Shown here piece after piece: positions 47,806 to 59,500 of a stretch of 64,000 bases of DNA. Source of the DNA: Nemertoderma westbladi (Eukaryota; Animalia; Xenacoelomorpha); assembly GCA_032718475.1 (NCBI GenBank), contig JAUCBJ010007346.1:1-64000 (forward strand), given 5' to 3'. The position numbers and the translations under genes were made by a program. The notes below the pieces were generated by a model, which saw nothing but the letters and a program-made list of their open reading frames with translations, was not told the DNA's origin and made no database searches. How positions within the stretch are numbered: position 1 is the stretch's first letter; every line of letters starts with the position of its first letter.

Positions 47806-48434
47806 CTGGACGAGGAATCTACGGGATTTCTCTTCATATAAACCCGAAGATGTGCCGCGCAGTCGTCGCACGGAAAGAATCGAGAGAATTTCTCCATAAA
47901 CGAGTTCATATCATTTGTGATACCCAGACCGGGTGAGTCAGGGTAGTAGGCAGCCATACTGTGGAGGAAGTCCCAGGTGCTGCGGCCTAAATCGTCGCGG
48001 TCAGTGGGACAGTGCGAGGGAGAGTGGGGGGTGATGGGTGTACCCAACGGGTTAGTTGGTGTACCAGACGGGTTAGTGAGTGTACCAGACGGGTTAGTTG
48101 GTGTACCAAACGGGTTGGTGGGTGTACCAGACGGGTTAGTTGGTGTACCCAACGGGTTAGTTGGTGTACCAGACGGGTTAGTTGGTGTACCAAACGGGTT
48201 GGTGGGTGTACCAGACGGGTTAGTGAGTGTACCAGACGGGTTGGTGGGTGTACCAGACGGGTTAGTGGGTGTACCCTGCGGCTCTGTGAGTCCTGGACGT
48301 GTAGAGATACGCTGGCGAGATAGATTCCTAAACTCGGCGAGTGACATACAGGCTCGGACCCTACAAGGCCGGCCCCGTTCGTCAACCATTACGTCATCAT
48401 CGTATTCCCGGTTACCTACACGCCGTGACGTCAT
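47806..48434 (-). CDS. GFER: GFER/Erv1/ALR sulfhydryl oxidase exon 1
   Basis: GRPCRVRAC shuttle region, CPTDRDDLGRSTWDFLHSMAAYYP and redox FFPCDDCAAHL. Donor TCCAG|GTTGGT, phase 2. Spliced CDS 629+130 = 759 nt, 252 aa. Confidence 0.93.
48037..48276 (-). repeat. Coding 21-bp tandem repeat, (GTPTNPS)x11, inside GFER exon 1
   Basis: In-frame heptad repeat visible in both DNA and translation. Confidence 0.95.
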
Positions 48435-48661
48435 TTTAAGCAAGGTGATACGTGATTGGATACCGCTACTTACTGACTTAAAGAAGCACCAATAAAAATA
48501 GAGCCGTATGCACTATTGTTAGGTCTATTTAGGAGTATATTAATATCAGGCTGAGGTTTTATAGTTGGTTCGCGTATAGGTTAGGTATTTATGTATAGAT
48601 GAGTAATGAGTAAAGCCATCATACTGTCATAAAAAAAACAAAAAGGTACTTATATTTTCAC

Positions 48662-49288
48662 TTAGTCTAAACTTATATCGGTTCTGAGTCTCGGCGAAAA
48701 ATTAATCTTAGCTAACTGGAATAAGGGGTTCACGCAGAAGGCCACAATAAGTTTGCACAAAAACATGTAGACCGGCAGACCTAACGCATTTGGTATACCG
48801 GTAGGGAAGCTGAGAACCACAGTCCACGGGAACACCAGCCAGAAGCAGTTGGGATCAAACATCCAGATCGGAGTGTACCGGTAGGTCCAAGCCAGCGAGA
48901 TCATGTAGATCCCATAGATTACGTAAGTCGAGATCTTCACGAAAATCTTTAATTTAAATCCTCTATAGCTTCTAGCAGATCGCGCGGATTTCAAGTCGTC
49001 CTCAACTTTCTTTAGTTTTCGACTGGCTCGTGTGTACTTTGCGAACTCGTCCTTGGGGTTATACTTGGTAAGTTCGATTTTAAATTCCGCTATTTGATGT
49101 CTCAAACTCTTCTCAAGTTTCTTCTCTCCGTTGATGAAACGCAAAGTAAAAAGGACGAATGTTGGGAACAATATAGGCAGAACGGTGCTGACGAATATAA
49201 CAATCAGTGGGTAATATATGTGGGCGGTATCTTCTATATTCAAACGCGGGTCGGTTTCATCGTGTTCGTATGTTGGGGACGATGACAT
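48662..49288 (-). CDS. GET1: GET1/WRB (CHD5-like) tail-anchored protein insertase subunit, single coding exon, 208 aa
   Basis: N-terminal TM, coiled coil EKSLRHQIAEFKIEL...DEFAKY.R..RKL.K, second TM, Trp/Pro-rich segment YTPIW...FPW...LSFPTG...ALG, and a third TM. Confidence 0.9.
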   Translation of the reverse strand: MSSSPTYEHDETDPRLNIEDTAHIYYPLIVIFVSTVLPILFPTFVLFTLRFINGEKKLEKSLRHQIAEFKIELTKYNPKDEFAKYTRASRKLKKVEDDLKSARSARSYRGFKLKIFVKISTYVIYGIYMISLAWTYRYTPIWMFDPNCFWLVFPWTVVLSFPTGIPNALGLPVYMFLCKLIVAFCVNPLFQLAKINFSPRLRTDISLD

Positions 49289-50284
49289 GCTAAAACTACG
49301 GTAGGCCTACTTCCGAACTGAAGACGTTCTGATTATGAATTTCCGGTAATACTACTGAGGCACCGCGCACCGGTACCGGTACAGTACTACTGCATAAAGT
49401 ACAGTAGGTGAGTCCTATATCAGAATTAGGTATTCCATATTCCTTGTACCGTACCATGAGTACCATGACTACTGTCAGACTGTTGGCTGTTGCCACCCAT
49501 GCATTAAAGCACCTATGACATCTAAGCATTCTAAGGCAATGTGTCTTATTTGAATACTATCAGTAGTACTACTGATATTGTATCAGTAGTGAGTGTGGGC
49601 AATTATTGTAGATTAGAAAAACGTTTTTCATCAGTTAAATTAGCCTTGAACATGAAAATATGCTAGAACTTCCGAAAACTATACCATTTCCAACGGTCAT
49701 TTGACTGCCAAAGACACAAAACTGTCACATGGGACCTGGTTACACTATGATCGATTAAATACATATAGTGCAGGTAGTGCACGTAGTGGTTCCGCTCCGT
49801 GCGGCTGATATTTATTTGTCTCACCCACTGGCTGGCAACGCATCGCCATATGGACCTGAATGCCCTACGATGTGTTATGATTAGAGTTACGTAATTCTCA
49901 ACCGCCACATTCTATACGCTGCCACTTTACAGGACACATTTACGTCATGCGAGCCATACGGAAAGTCAACAACCTGTGCCTAAATTTGGTCGGTACTTAA
50001 TTCCTTTGAATCTCTTTCATGCGTCTCACATTTTTTGACCTTCCCACCTTATCCCGCCTTCGTTAACGAGAGATGTTCATTATAGGTACGATAAAAAAGC
50101 TACAGCGGCATAGTATTTAATTTTCAAGTAATGAGGAATTTCATTTTTTACAATATGACACTAAACAGGAGAAATACGCAATGAGGTAATGGTTATGGTT
50201 ACCGCTCACAGCCAAAAGCACAACTGGATCGTCAGGGGCGGCGCTAGACCAAAATAAGTGGGGGGGGGGGGGGGGGGGGGGGGG

Positions 50285-50850
50285 GTAGAACTTTTTTTCA
50301 CTATTCTCGAGGCATTTTATTTACCGAGCGCCAGCGAGGTTAATAAAGGGTCGCGAGAACATTGAAAAAAAAATGTTCTACGTTTTTTCCCATGTAATAC
50401 GTAATGTTATTCTTTAATTGGTACTTTTTTGTTGCTCAATTCTTTAATAAAATATAGAGCGATATAGTGTTACAAAATTTATTATTTGCTATATTGTTTC
50501 CATAGTTACTGCAATTCAAATTACTGCACTCTTCAACTCCTGATGCTGCTTTGCTCAATGTTAAATAATTTAGCGTTCTCGAATATTTATTACGTAACTA
50601 GATAGCCGCTTAACAACATAAACCAATAGGCCTATTGGATATTGAGTTATGTTATGGCGTACGCCGTGTATACACTAAATTAGCAATAACGTTTGAGTGT
50701 GTGCATGGATTTTATTTTAGAAATTCCATCAACAATATTTTAATTTACTTTTTCCGCAGCAAAAAAATTTAAATTAATGCAATCATTACCTTTTTCCCTA
50801 GGGAAAAAGTGAAACTTTTATTCCATGTATTCGGGGTATATTCGAGTGAA
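50285..50850 (+). repeat. Third copy of the 46005-47400 repeat family, directly after a poly-G tract
   Basis: TAGAACTTTTTTCACTATTCTCGAGGCATTTTATTTACCGAGCGCCAGCGAGGTTAATAAAGGGTCG matches the reverse complement of ~47250-47335. Confidence 0.75.
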
Positions 50851-52240
50851 AAAGAACAATGCATATGCAATCCCGTCACTTTAAGCTTGCTAATAATAAC
50901 TGCTATCGCCAGAAGGAACAACCAGTTGACATCCTGTGGGACGAGTCAAAACAGCGAGCCATCAGCGAACTGTTATAACTATAGCCTACCATTGCCGTTT
51001 TCTGAAAGTCTGTGTGTGTGTGTGTCGGAAGCCATAACTGTCGGAAGCCAATATCAGAATAGGCCTATATAACTAGCCATACAGTAGTATAATTATAATT
51101 GTTCGCTAAGATGACTTGCAGCTTTTGCTGCACGAAGGCCCCACTCGTGTTATTATTTTATGACTCAACACTCTAATTGAAAAATACGAAATGACCTGCC
51201 AATAACTTTATTTCGCCGGTTGCACTGTTGTGGACCCTGGACTTGACTTGAACTAGCCGACGTTGGAAAGTGTATGGTTGAGCAAAGTATAATTTAGTGG
51301 TATCATTGTTTCTGGGTCTGCCAGCATTAGATCTACTGTAAGTTCTGTGTGTGTATGTATGTATGCAATGTTACATATGCATTCATGTATGGATTTCTCT
51401 GGATCATTATGGTGGGACTTATTGTTTTGATTGATAATTTAATTAGTTATGGTATATTTTCCCTGAATACATATTTGGACATAAATTTACGGAAATTATT
51501 GCCATTATTATGCTATATTATTGTCGGAAAATACTCAAAATACAGCGTGTATGACGTCATGTATGTCATTACGTATAATGTAAGTATGAGAGTTTATTTG
51601 CATTCTAAGAAAAACATGTGGAACAGAATCAACAATATTCCAATAATTAGTGTCATTTACCACCTTAAGAATTTTGGGCTTAATTGTGCCAAGTTAAAGT
51701 TGCTAAATTAACTGATAAGTAGCATACAAAGTTGTACTGCGCATGGCATTGGTTACACTAATCGTTTATTAGTTATTACACTGTATAAGACAACCTACGA
51801 AGTTGTTTAGTTGCACACACTTTCGTGTATTTAGGGTTTAAAGATATTTGGCAATATTGTGATGTTGGCAAACTCGCTTACTGTAGGTCACGCTTGTATG
51901 AATGAGCCGATATTTCTGATGTATTGATAAAATATCTTTAATACCTCCAGTTCATTCATAGTATAGGTTCTAAATCATAACGTAATTAGGCAATTAATTA
52001 TTTGTAGTAGTAATACAATATAAGTCGAAAAGCAATTGAAATTTTTAGGGTAAATAAGTTGATTACTTTAATATAAACAATTAGTTATAAAATAATTCTT
52101 AATATTTATAGTATAATCAACGTCAAAATATTTATTAATTCCTTAAGTAATTATCGTTATTCGTTAGTATTCGTTTATATGCGAGTTTATTAATCTTTTC
52201 TCACTTGATTCTTACTGTTTTCTAAGCGGTTTGTAGCGCA

Positions 52241-52406
52241 ATGTCTTCGGGGTTACGCGAACAATCCATTCGATTGCAGCGTATCCGTGATGTTCGGACC
52301 GGAGCAATCATCGAACCTTCCGTTACTATTCAACCGTATGACGTCGTTGAATCGTCAATATCCAGAGAGACAAAACTAAAATACTGTACCCAAGACGCTT
52401 TCTATG
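52241..52406 (+). CDS. Predicted first coding exon of a giant repeat protein gene
   Basis: ATG-initiated open frame MSSGLREQSIRLQRIRDVRTGAIIEPSV...DAFY, GC-richer than flanks, ending at a strong donor G|GTAAGT (phase 1). Confidence 0.6.
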
Positions 52407-52882
52407 GTAAGTGAAGTACCGGTAGTCATACCGGGACAATAAGCAGAATAATTCTGCTTGTATGGTTTAATTTTTTAGATTGCCATTCTAAATGTTTCAA
52501 ATTCCGCAGCTAAAATTAACCCCCTAGACAGAACAGACTCAATTAATTATAAAACACGTATAGCAGCTACCCTACGTGTCCGATTACTAATCAAGTTATC
52601 TCAAATATTAGAGGCAGTGTACAGTAGGGGGGAGGGGGAGGGGAAAACTCGAACAGTTACAGTGGCACGTTATTCTAACCTAAACAATAAATTAAAGTGA
52701 ATAGAACAGGTTACAGTTTTGTTTTTGGAAGTAATCAGCTGTAATTTGCGTCAATTGACCACAAGGATGGATGAATTTCCCCCACCTATTATAAAAATAT
52801 TAATAGTAATAAATCCTATTAATATAGCAATAAATATTTTAGTCTAATCAGTTATTTTTCATTTTTGCTTGTCGCTTTCCAG

Positions 52883-53060
52883 AGGATGCAACTCAAACAA
52901 ATAAGTACAACCCAGGCGATGGAAGTCGTTCCAGTAGTTACGTTGTTCTACAGGATTCATACATCTCCAGTCAACGGGATTCCACCGTATTCAGTGGAGA
53001 CGAAGACACAGACTACATATCGGATGACCAAATCGTCCCTGAAAGTGAAGAATACAAAAA
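52883..53060 (+). CDS. Predicted exon 2 of the giant repeat protein gene
   Basis: Acceptor GCTTTCCAG|, open in the phase-1 frame (EDATQTNKYNPGDGSRSS...EEYK), donor AA|GTAGGT (phase 2), compatible with the exon at 53586. Confidence 0.6.
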
Positions 53061-53585
53061 GTAGGTGTAACGAAATACATTATTACAGAAAAGTAAGATA
53101 TAAAGTAGATTCCTGTGGACATTCTCACAATTTTCCCTAACTGGAACTGAAACTTATTTAGCGACAATTTTAGACCTGGTAACGTAGTCAAGTCTATCGC
53201 TATTCGCATTCTTGCCGAAAGGAAAAATGGGCTTAACGATAATTGATTTAGATAAAATAAGATTAAATAGAAAAGCCTGAAAATTAATTTTATTTATGCG
53301 ACCGAGTTCCTAATGATTCTGAAGTACCACAGCCAGAGGAACTCATCGAAAAGAGGTTCTCTTCCCGTCGCGTAGTATCCGAGACAGACGGCAGACAGGC
53401 ACTTCCACCTCTGAAACCGTTAACCACGACATATCTGATGTCTGACTACATCTGTTACTTTATCTCGCTCTCCTAACTTTTCAGCTTCTTTCTACCAGCA
53501 AAATAAATTATATTTGTAAAATATATATAAATATATAAATATAGATATAGGAAAGTAAAATTAAATATTTATTATTGGTTTTTAG

Positions 53586-56500
53586 ATATCAACGTCATTC
53601 TATTCAAATGGCTCAAAGATCTTTCGAAAATCTATCAAAGCAAAAGAAAAAAACACAAGTAAACGACATAATTACTAATGATTTTGGTAGATGCGATTCG
53701 GGTTATGACGACAGTCACATTTCTACAACGGAGTCTAAACTTGAAATTGCACCAAGAATTCTACCTGAAACTCATATAAAGTTGAAAACAAAATCAAAAA
53801 TTGAGAAGGGAATTTCAACTGTTCTTTTGAAAGATAAGTTCAAAAGATCACATTCTTCCAGCTCAAATGAAAGTGTCTCCTTAAAGATCCCACGGCGATC
53901 TTCCTCTGAATCAGCAAGAGTTACGCCACATAAAGATGAATCATTACAATCACATACTACAACCAGTAACGTTCTAGAACGATCTACGTATTATAAGGAT
54001 AATATTCTACCCGAAACCGCGATCAAACATCCAACATCAAAAAGACATCATTCTCTTAGCTCAACAGAAAGTGAACCGGTAAAGGTTGTTCGACGTGATC
54101 AAACAATTGATTCCGGTGAAAATATAAACATTGTAAAGCCAAAGATGCCTTTGAAACGTTCCACAAAGAAATCAAGTTCTCTTGACAATATCAACATTAA
54201 GACATCATATATTGGGGATGTATCAGCTAAGAATAATACAGACAAAAGGAATAAATTCGGTAGTTTTGTGATGAAATCACATTCTCTTGAAGAACTAATT
54301 CCTGATACATACATAACAACTAAAAGAGAAGTTGAAAATGGGGAATGTTATGGTGTAATTGAGACACCAGTTGCAATACAGAAAAAGTCCAACTTATTCC
54401 ATCAAGACCATCACAGAAACACAATCACCTATCAGGACGACGTTTTAACAGAATCACATATTGGCAAAAGTGAACCGCAAGTGCAGCAGAAAAATTATAC
54501 CACTAAACAAGTGCGAGAAATAAGACCTTCAGTGACCGATTTTAAAAGATATACCAAAGCGGACGTAAGGTATAAAAATAATGAAGATAATATTTTACTT
54601 AAAGACACCAACATTGATAACATATATATTCCGCGGGTGGTGATTCCTAAAGTTCAGCACACTGAAGATGACATGGTAATTAAGGAATCACATTTAAATC
54701 AAATGCATAAAGATCTTTCTCCAGAAACAGAAGTTACTTTTGAAAACTGTCGCTTAAATAACCCATTGGAATTAGGATACAAAGAAAGATCCATTGGCAA
54801 TAATTCACAAGAGATAGACACTGATACACTTTTACCATCGCCGCACATGAAATCAACCATCGAATTTGAATACAAAGAAAAATATTTAGAAGAAACTCAT
54901 ATTGATTGCAAAGTAAAACAATTGGAGACTTCTCCACTTGATATAGACATTTTTTATGTTAACAAAGACAACAAATTAAAGGAATCATACATAAGTATTG
55001 TGGAAGAATCTCATATTAATAACAAACAGAAACCAACAGAGACTTCCCCAGTTGTTGAGATTTTGTATGATACCAATGGCCATGAATTACAGGAATCAAA
55101 CATATCTGCAGTTCAACAACCCCAGTTTGCAAAATCTAATATGGAACTGGACTCACATGTAAGTATTGTGGAAGAATCTCATATTAATAACAAACAGAAA
55201 CCAACAGAGACTTCCCCAGTTGTTGAGATTTTGTATGATACCAATGGCAATGAATTGCAGGAATCAAACATATCTGCAGTTCAACAAACCCAGTTTGCAA
55301 AATCTAATATGGAACTGGACTCACAAGTAAGTATTGTGGAAGAATCTCATATTAATAACAAACAGAAACCAATAGAGACTTCCCCAGTTCAACCAGAGAT
55401 CTTATACGATGTTATGGATAAAAAATTGCAGGAATCACACATACCTGCAGTACATCATCTTCAATATGCAAAATCTAATATGGAACTGGAATCACAAGTC
55501 AATATTGTTGAAGAATCTCATATTAACATCAAACAAAAATTAACAGAGACTTCTCCAGTTGTTGAGATTTTATGTGATACCAAAGATAACAAAGTAAACG
55601 AATCATCATATATAGATGCAGTGCATCAACCCCAGTATGCAAAAACTAATATGGAACTGAACTCACAAGCACATATTATGGAAGAATCTCATATTAATAA
55701 CAAACAGAACCCATCAGAGACTTTCCCAGTTCAACCAGAGATCGTATACGATGTTATGGATAACAAATTGCAGGAATCACACATACCTGCAGTACATCAT
55801 CTTCAATATGCAAAATCTAATATGGAACTGGAATCAAAAGTCAATATTGTTGAAGAATCTCATATTAACATCAAACAAAAATCAACAGAGACTTCTCCAG
55901 TTGTTGAGATTTTATATGATACCAAAGACAATGAGGTAAATGAATCATCATATATACATGCAGTGCATCAACCCCAGTATGCAAAAACTAATATGGAACT
56001 GAACTCACAAGCACATATTATGGAAGAATCTCATATTAATAACAAACAGAAACCATCAGAGACTTTCCCAGTTCAACCAGAGATCGTATACGATGTTATG
56101 GATAACAAATTGCAGGAATCACACATACCTGCAGTACATCATCTTCAATATGCAAAATCTAATATGGAACTGGAATCAAAAGTCAATATTGTTGAAGAAT
56201 CTCATATTAACATCAAACAAAAATCAACAGAGACTTCTCCAGTTGTTGAGATTTTATATGATACCAAAGACAATGAGGTAAATGAATCATCATATATACA
56301 TGCAGTGCATCAACCCCAGTATGCAAAAACTAATATGGAACTGAACTCACAAGCACATATTATGGAAGAATCTCATATTAATAACAAACAGAAACCATCA
56401 GAGACTTCCCCAGTTCAACCAGAGGTCTTATACGATGTTATGGATAACAAATTGCAAGAATCATACATACATGCAATATATCAACCTCAATATGCAAAAT

Positions 56501-59500
56501 CTAATACGGAACTGGAATCACAAGTCAATATTGTGGAAGAATCTCATATTAACATCAAACAAAAATCAACAGAGACTTCTCCAGTTGTTGAGATTTTATA
56601 TGATACCAAAGACAATGAGGTAAATGAATCATCATATATACATGCAGTGCATCAACCCCAGTATGCAAAAACTAATATGGAACTGAACTCACAAGCACAT
56701 ATTATGGAAGAATCTCATATTAATAACAAACAGAAACCATCAGAGACTTCCCCAATTCAACCAGAGGTCTTATACAATGTTATGGATAACAAATTGCAAG
56801 AATCATATATACATGCAATACATCAACCTCAATATGCAAAATCTAATATGGAACTGGAATCACAAGTCAATATTGTGGAAGAATCACATATTAACATCAA
56901 ACAAAAATCCACAGAGACTTCTCCAGTTGTTGAGATTTTACATGATACCAAAGACAATGAGGTACATGAATCATCATATATACATGCAGTGCATCAACCC
57001 CAGTATGCAAAAACTAATATGGATCTGAACTCACAAGCACGTATTATGGAAGAATCTCATATTGACAGTAAATTGAAACCAATGGAGACTTCCCCAGTTC
57101 AACCAGAGATCTTATACGATGTTATGGATAACAAATTGCAGGAATCACACATACCTGCAGTACATCAACCTCAATATGCAAAATCTAATATGGAACTGGA
57201 ATCACAAGTCAATATTGTTGAAGAATCTCATATTAACATCAAACAAAATTCAACAGAGACTTCTCCAGTTGTTGAGATTTTATGTGATACCAAAGATAAC
57301 AAAGTAAATGAATCATCATATATAGATGCAGTACATCAACCTCAGTATGCAAAAACTAATATGGAACTGAACTCACAAGCACATATTATGGAAGAATCTC
57401 ATATTGACAGTAAATTGAAACCAATAGAGACTTCCCCAGTTCAACCAGAGATCTTATACGATGTTATGGATAACAATTTGCAGGAATCATGCATACATGC
57501 AGTACATCAACCTCAATATGCAAAATCTAATATGGAACTGGAATCACAAGTCAATATTGTTGAAGAATCGCATATTAACATCAAACAAAAATCAACACAG
57601 ACTTCTCCAGTTGTTGAGATTTTATGTGATACCAAAGATAACAAAGTAAATGAATCATCATATATAGATGCAGTGCATCAACCCCAGTATGCAAAAACTA
57701 ATATCGAACTGAACTCACAATTCAATATTGTTGAAGAATCTCATATTAACATCAAACAGAAATCAACAGAGACTTCTCCAATTGTTGAGATTTCATATGA
57801 TACCAAAGACAATGAGGTAAATAAATCATCATATATAGATGCAGTGCATCAACCCCAGTATGCAAAAACTAATATGGAACTGAACTCACAAACACATATT
57901 ATGGAAGAATCTCATATTGATAGTAAATTGAAACCAATAGAGACTTCCCCAGTTCAACCAGAGATCTTATACGATGTTATGGATAACAAATTGCAGGAAT
58001 CATACATACCTGCTGTACATCAACCTCACTATGCAAAAACTAATATCGAACTGAACTCACAAGTCAATATTGTTGAAGAATCTCATATTAACATCAAACA
58101 GAAATCAACAGAGACTTCTCCAGTTGTTGAGATTTCATGTGATACCAAAGACAATGAGGTAAATAAATCATCATATATAGATGCAGTGCATCAACCCCAG
58201 TATGCAAAAACTAATTTGGAACTGAACTCACAAGCACATATTATGGAAGAATCTCATATTGATAGTAAATTGAAACCAATAGAGACTTCCCTAGTTCAAC
58301 CAGAGATCTTAAACGATGTTAGGGATAACAAATTCCAGGAATCATACATACATGCAGTACATCAACCCCAGTTTGCAAAATCTAATCTAGAACTGGACTC
58401 ACAAGTACGTATTATGGAAGAATCTCATATTGATAGCAATTTGAAACCAATAGAGACTTCCCCAGTTCAACCAGAGTTCTTATACAGCAATGCTATGGAT
58501 AACAAATTGCAGGAATCACACATACATGCAGTACATCAACCTCAGTTTGCAAAATCTAATCTAGAACTGGACTCACAAGTACGTATTATGGAAGAATCTC
58601 CTATTGATAGCAATTTGAAACCAATAGAGACTTCTGCAGTTCAACCAGATATCTTATACGATATTTTGGATAACAAATTGCAGGAATCATATATACATGC
58701 ATTACATGAACCCCAGTATGCAAAAACTAATATGGAAATGAACTCACAAGCACATATTATAGAAGAATCTCATATTGACAGTAAATTGAAACCAATAGAG
58801 ACTTCTGCAGTTCAACCAGAGGTCTTATACGATGTTATGGGTAACAAATTGCAGGAATCCTACATACCTGCAGTACACCAACCTCAATATGCAAAATCTA
58901 ATATGGAACTGGAATCACAAGTCAATATTGTTGAAGAATCTCATATTAACATCAAACAAAAATCAACAGAGACTTCTCCAGTTGAGATTTTATATGATAC
59001 CAAAGACAATGAGGTAAATGAATCATCATACATACATGCAGTACATCAACCCCAGTATGCAAAAACTAATATGGAACTGAACTCACAAGCACATATTATG
59101 GAAGAATCTCATATTAATAACAAACAGAAACCATCAGAGACTTCCCCAGTTCAAACAGAGGTCTTATACGATGTTATGGGTAACAAATTGCAGGAATCCT
59201 ACATATCTGCAGTACACCAACCTCAATATGCAAAATCTAATATGGAACTGGAATCACAAGTCAATATTGTTGAAGAATCTCATATTAACATCAAACAAAA
59301 ATCAACAGAGACTTCTCCAGTTGAGATTTTATATGATACCAAAGACAATGAGGTAAATGAATCATCATACATACATGCAGTACATCAACCCCAGTATGCA
59401 AAAACTAATATGGAACTGAACTCACAAGCACGTATTATGGAAGAATCTCATATTGACAGTAAATTGAAACCATCAGAGACTTCCCCAGTTCAACCAGAGA

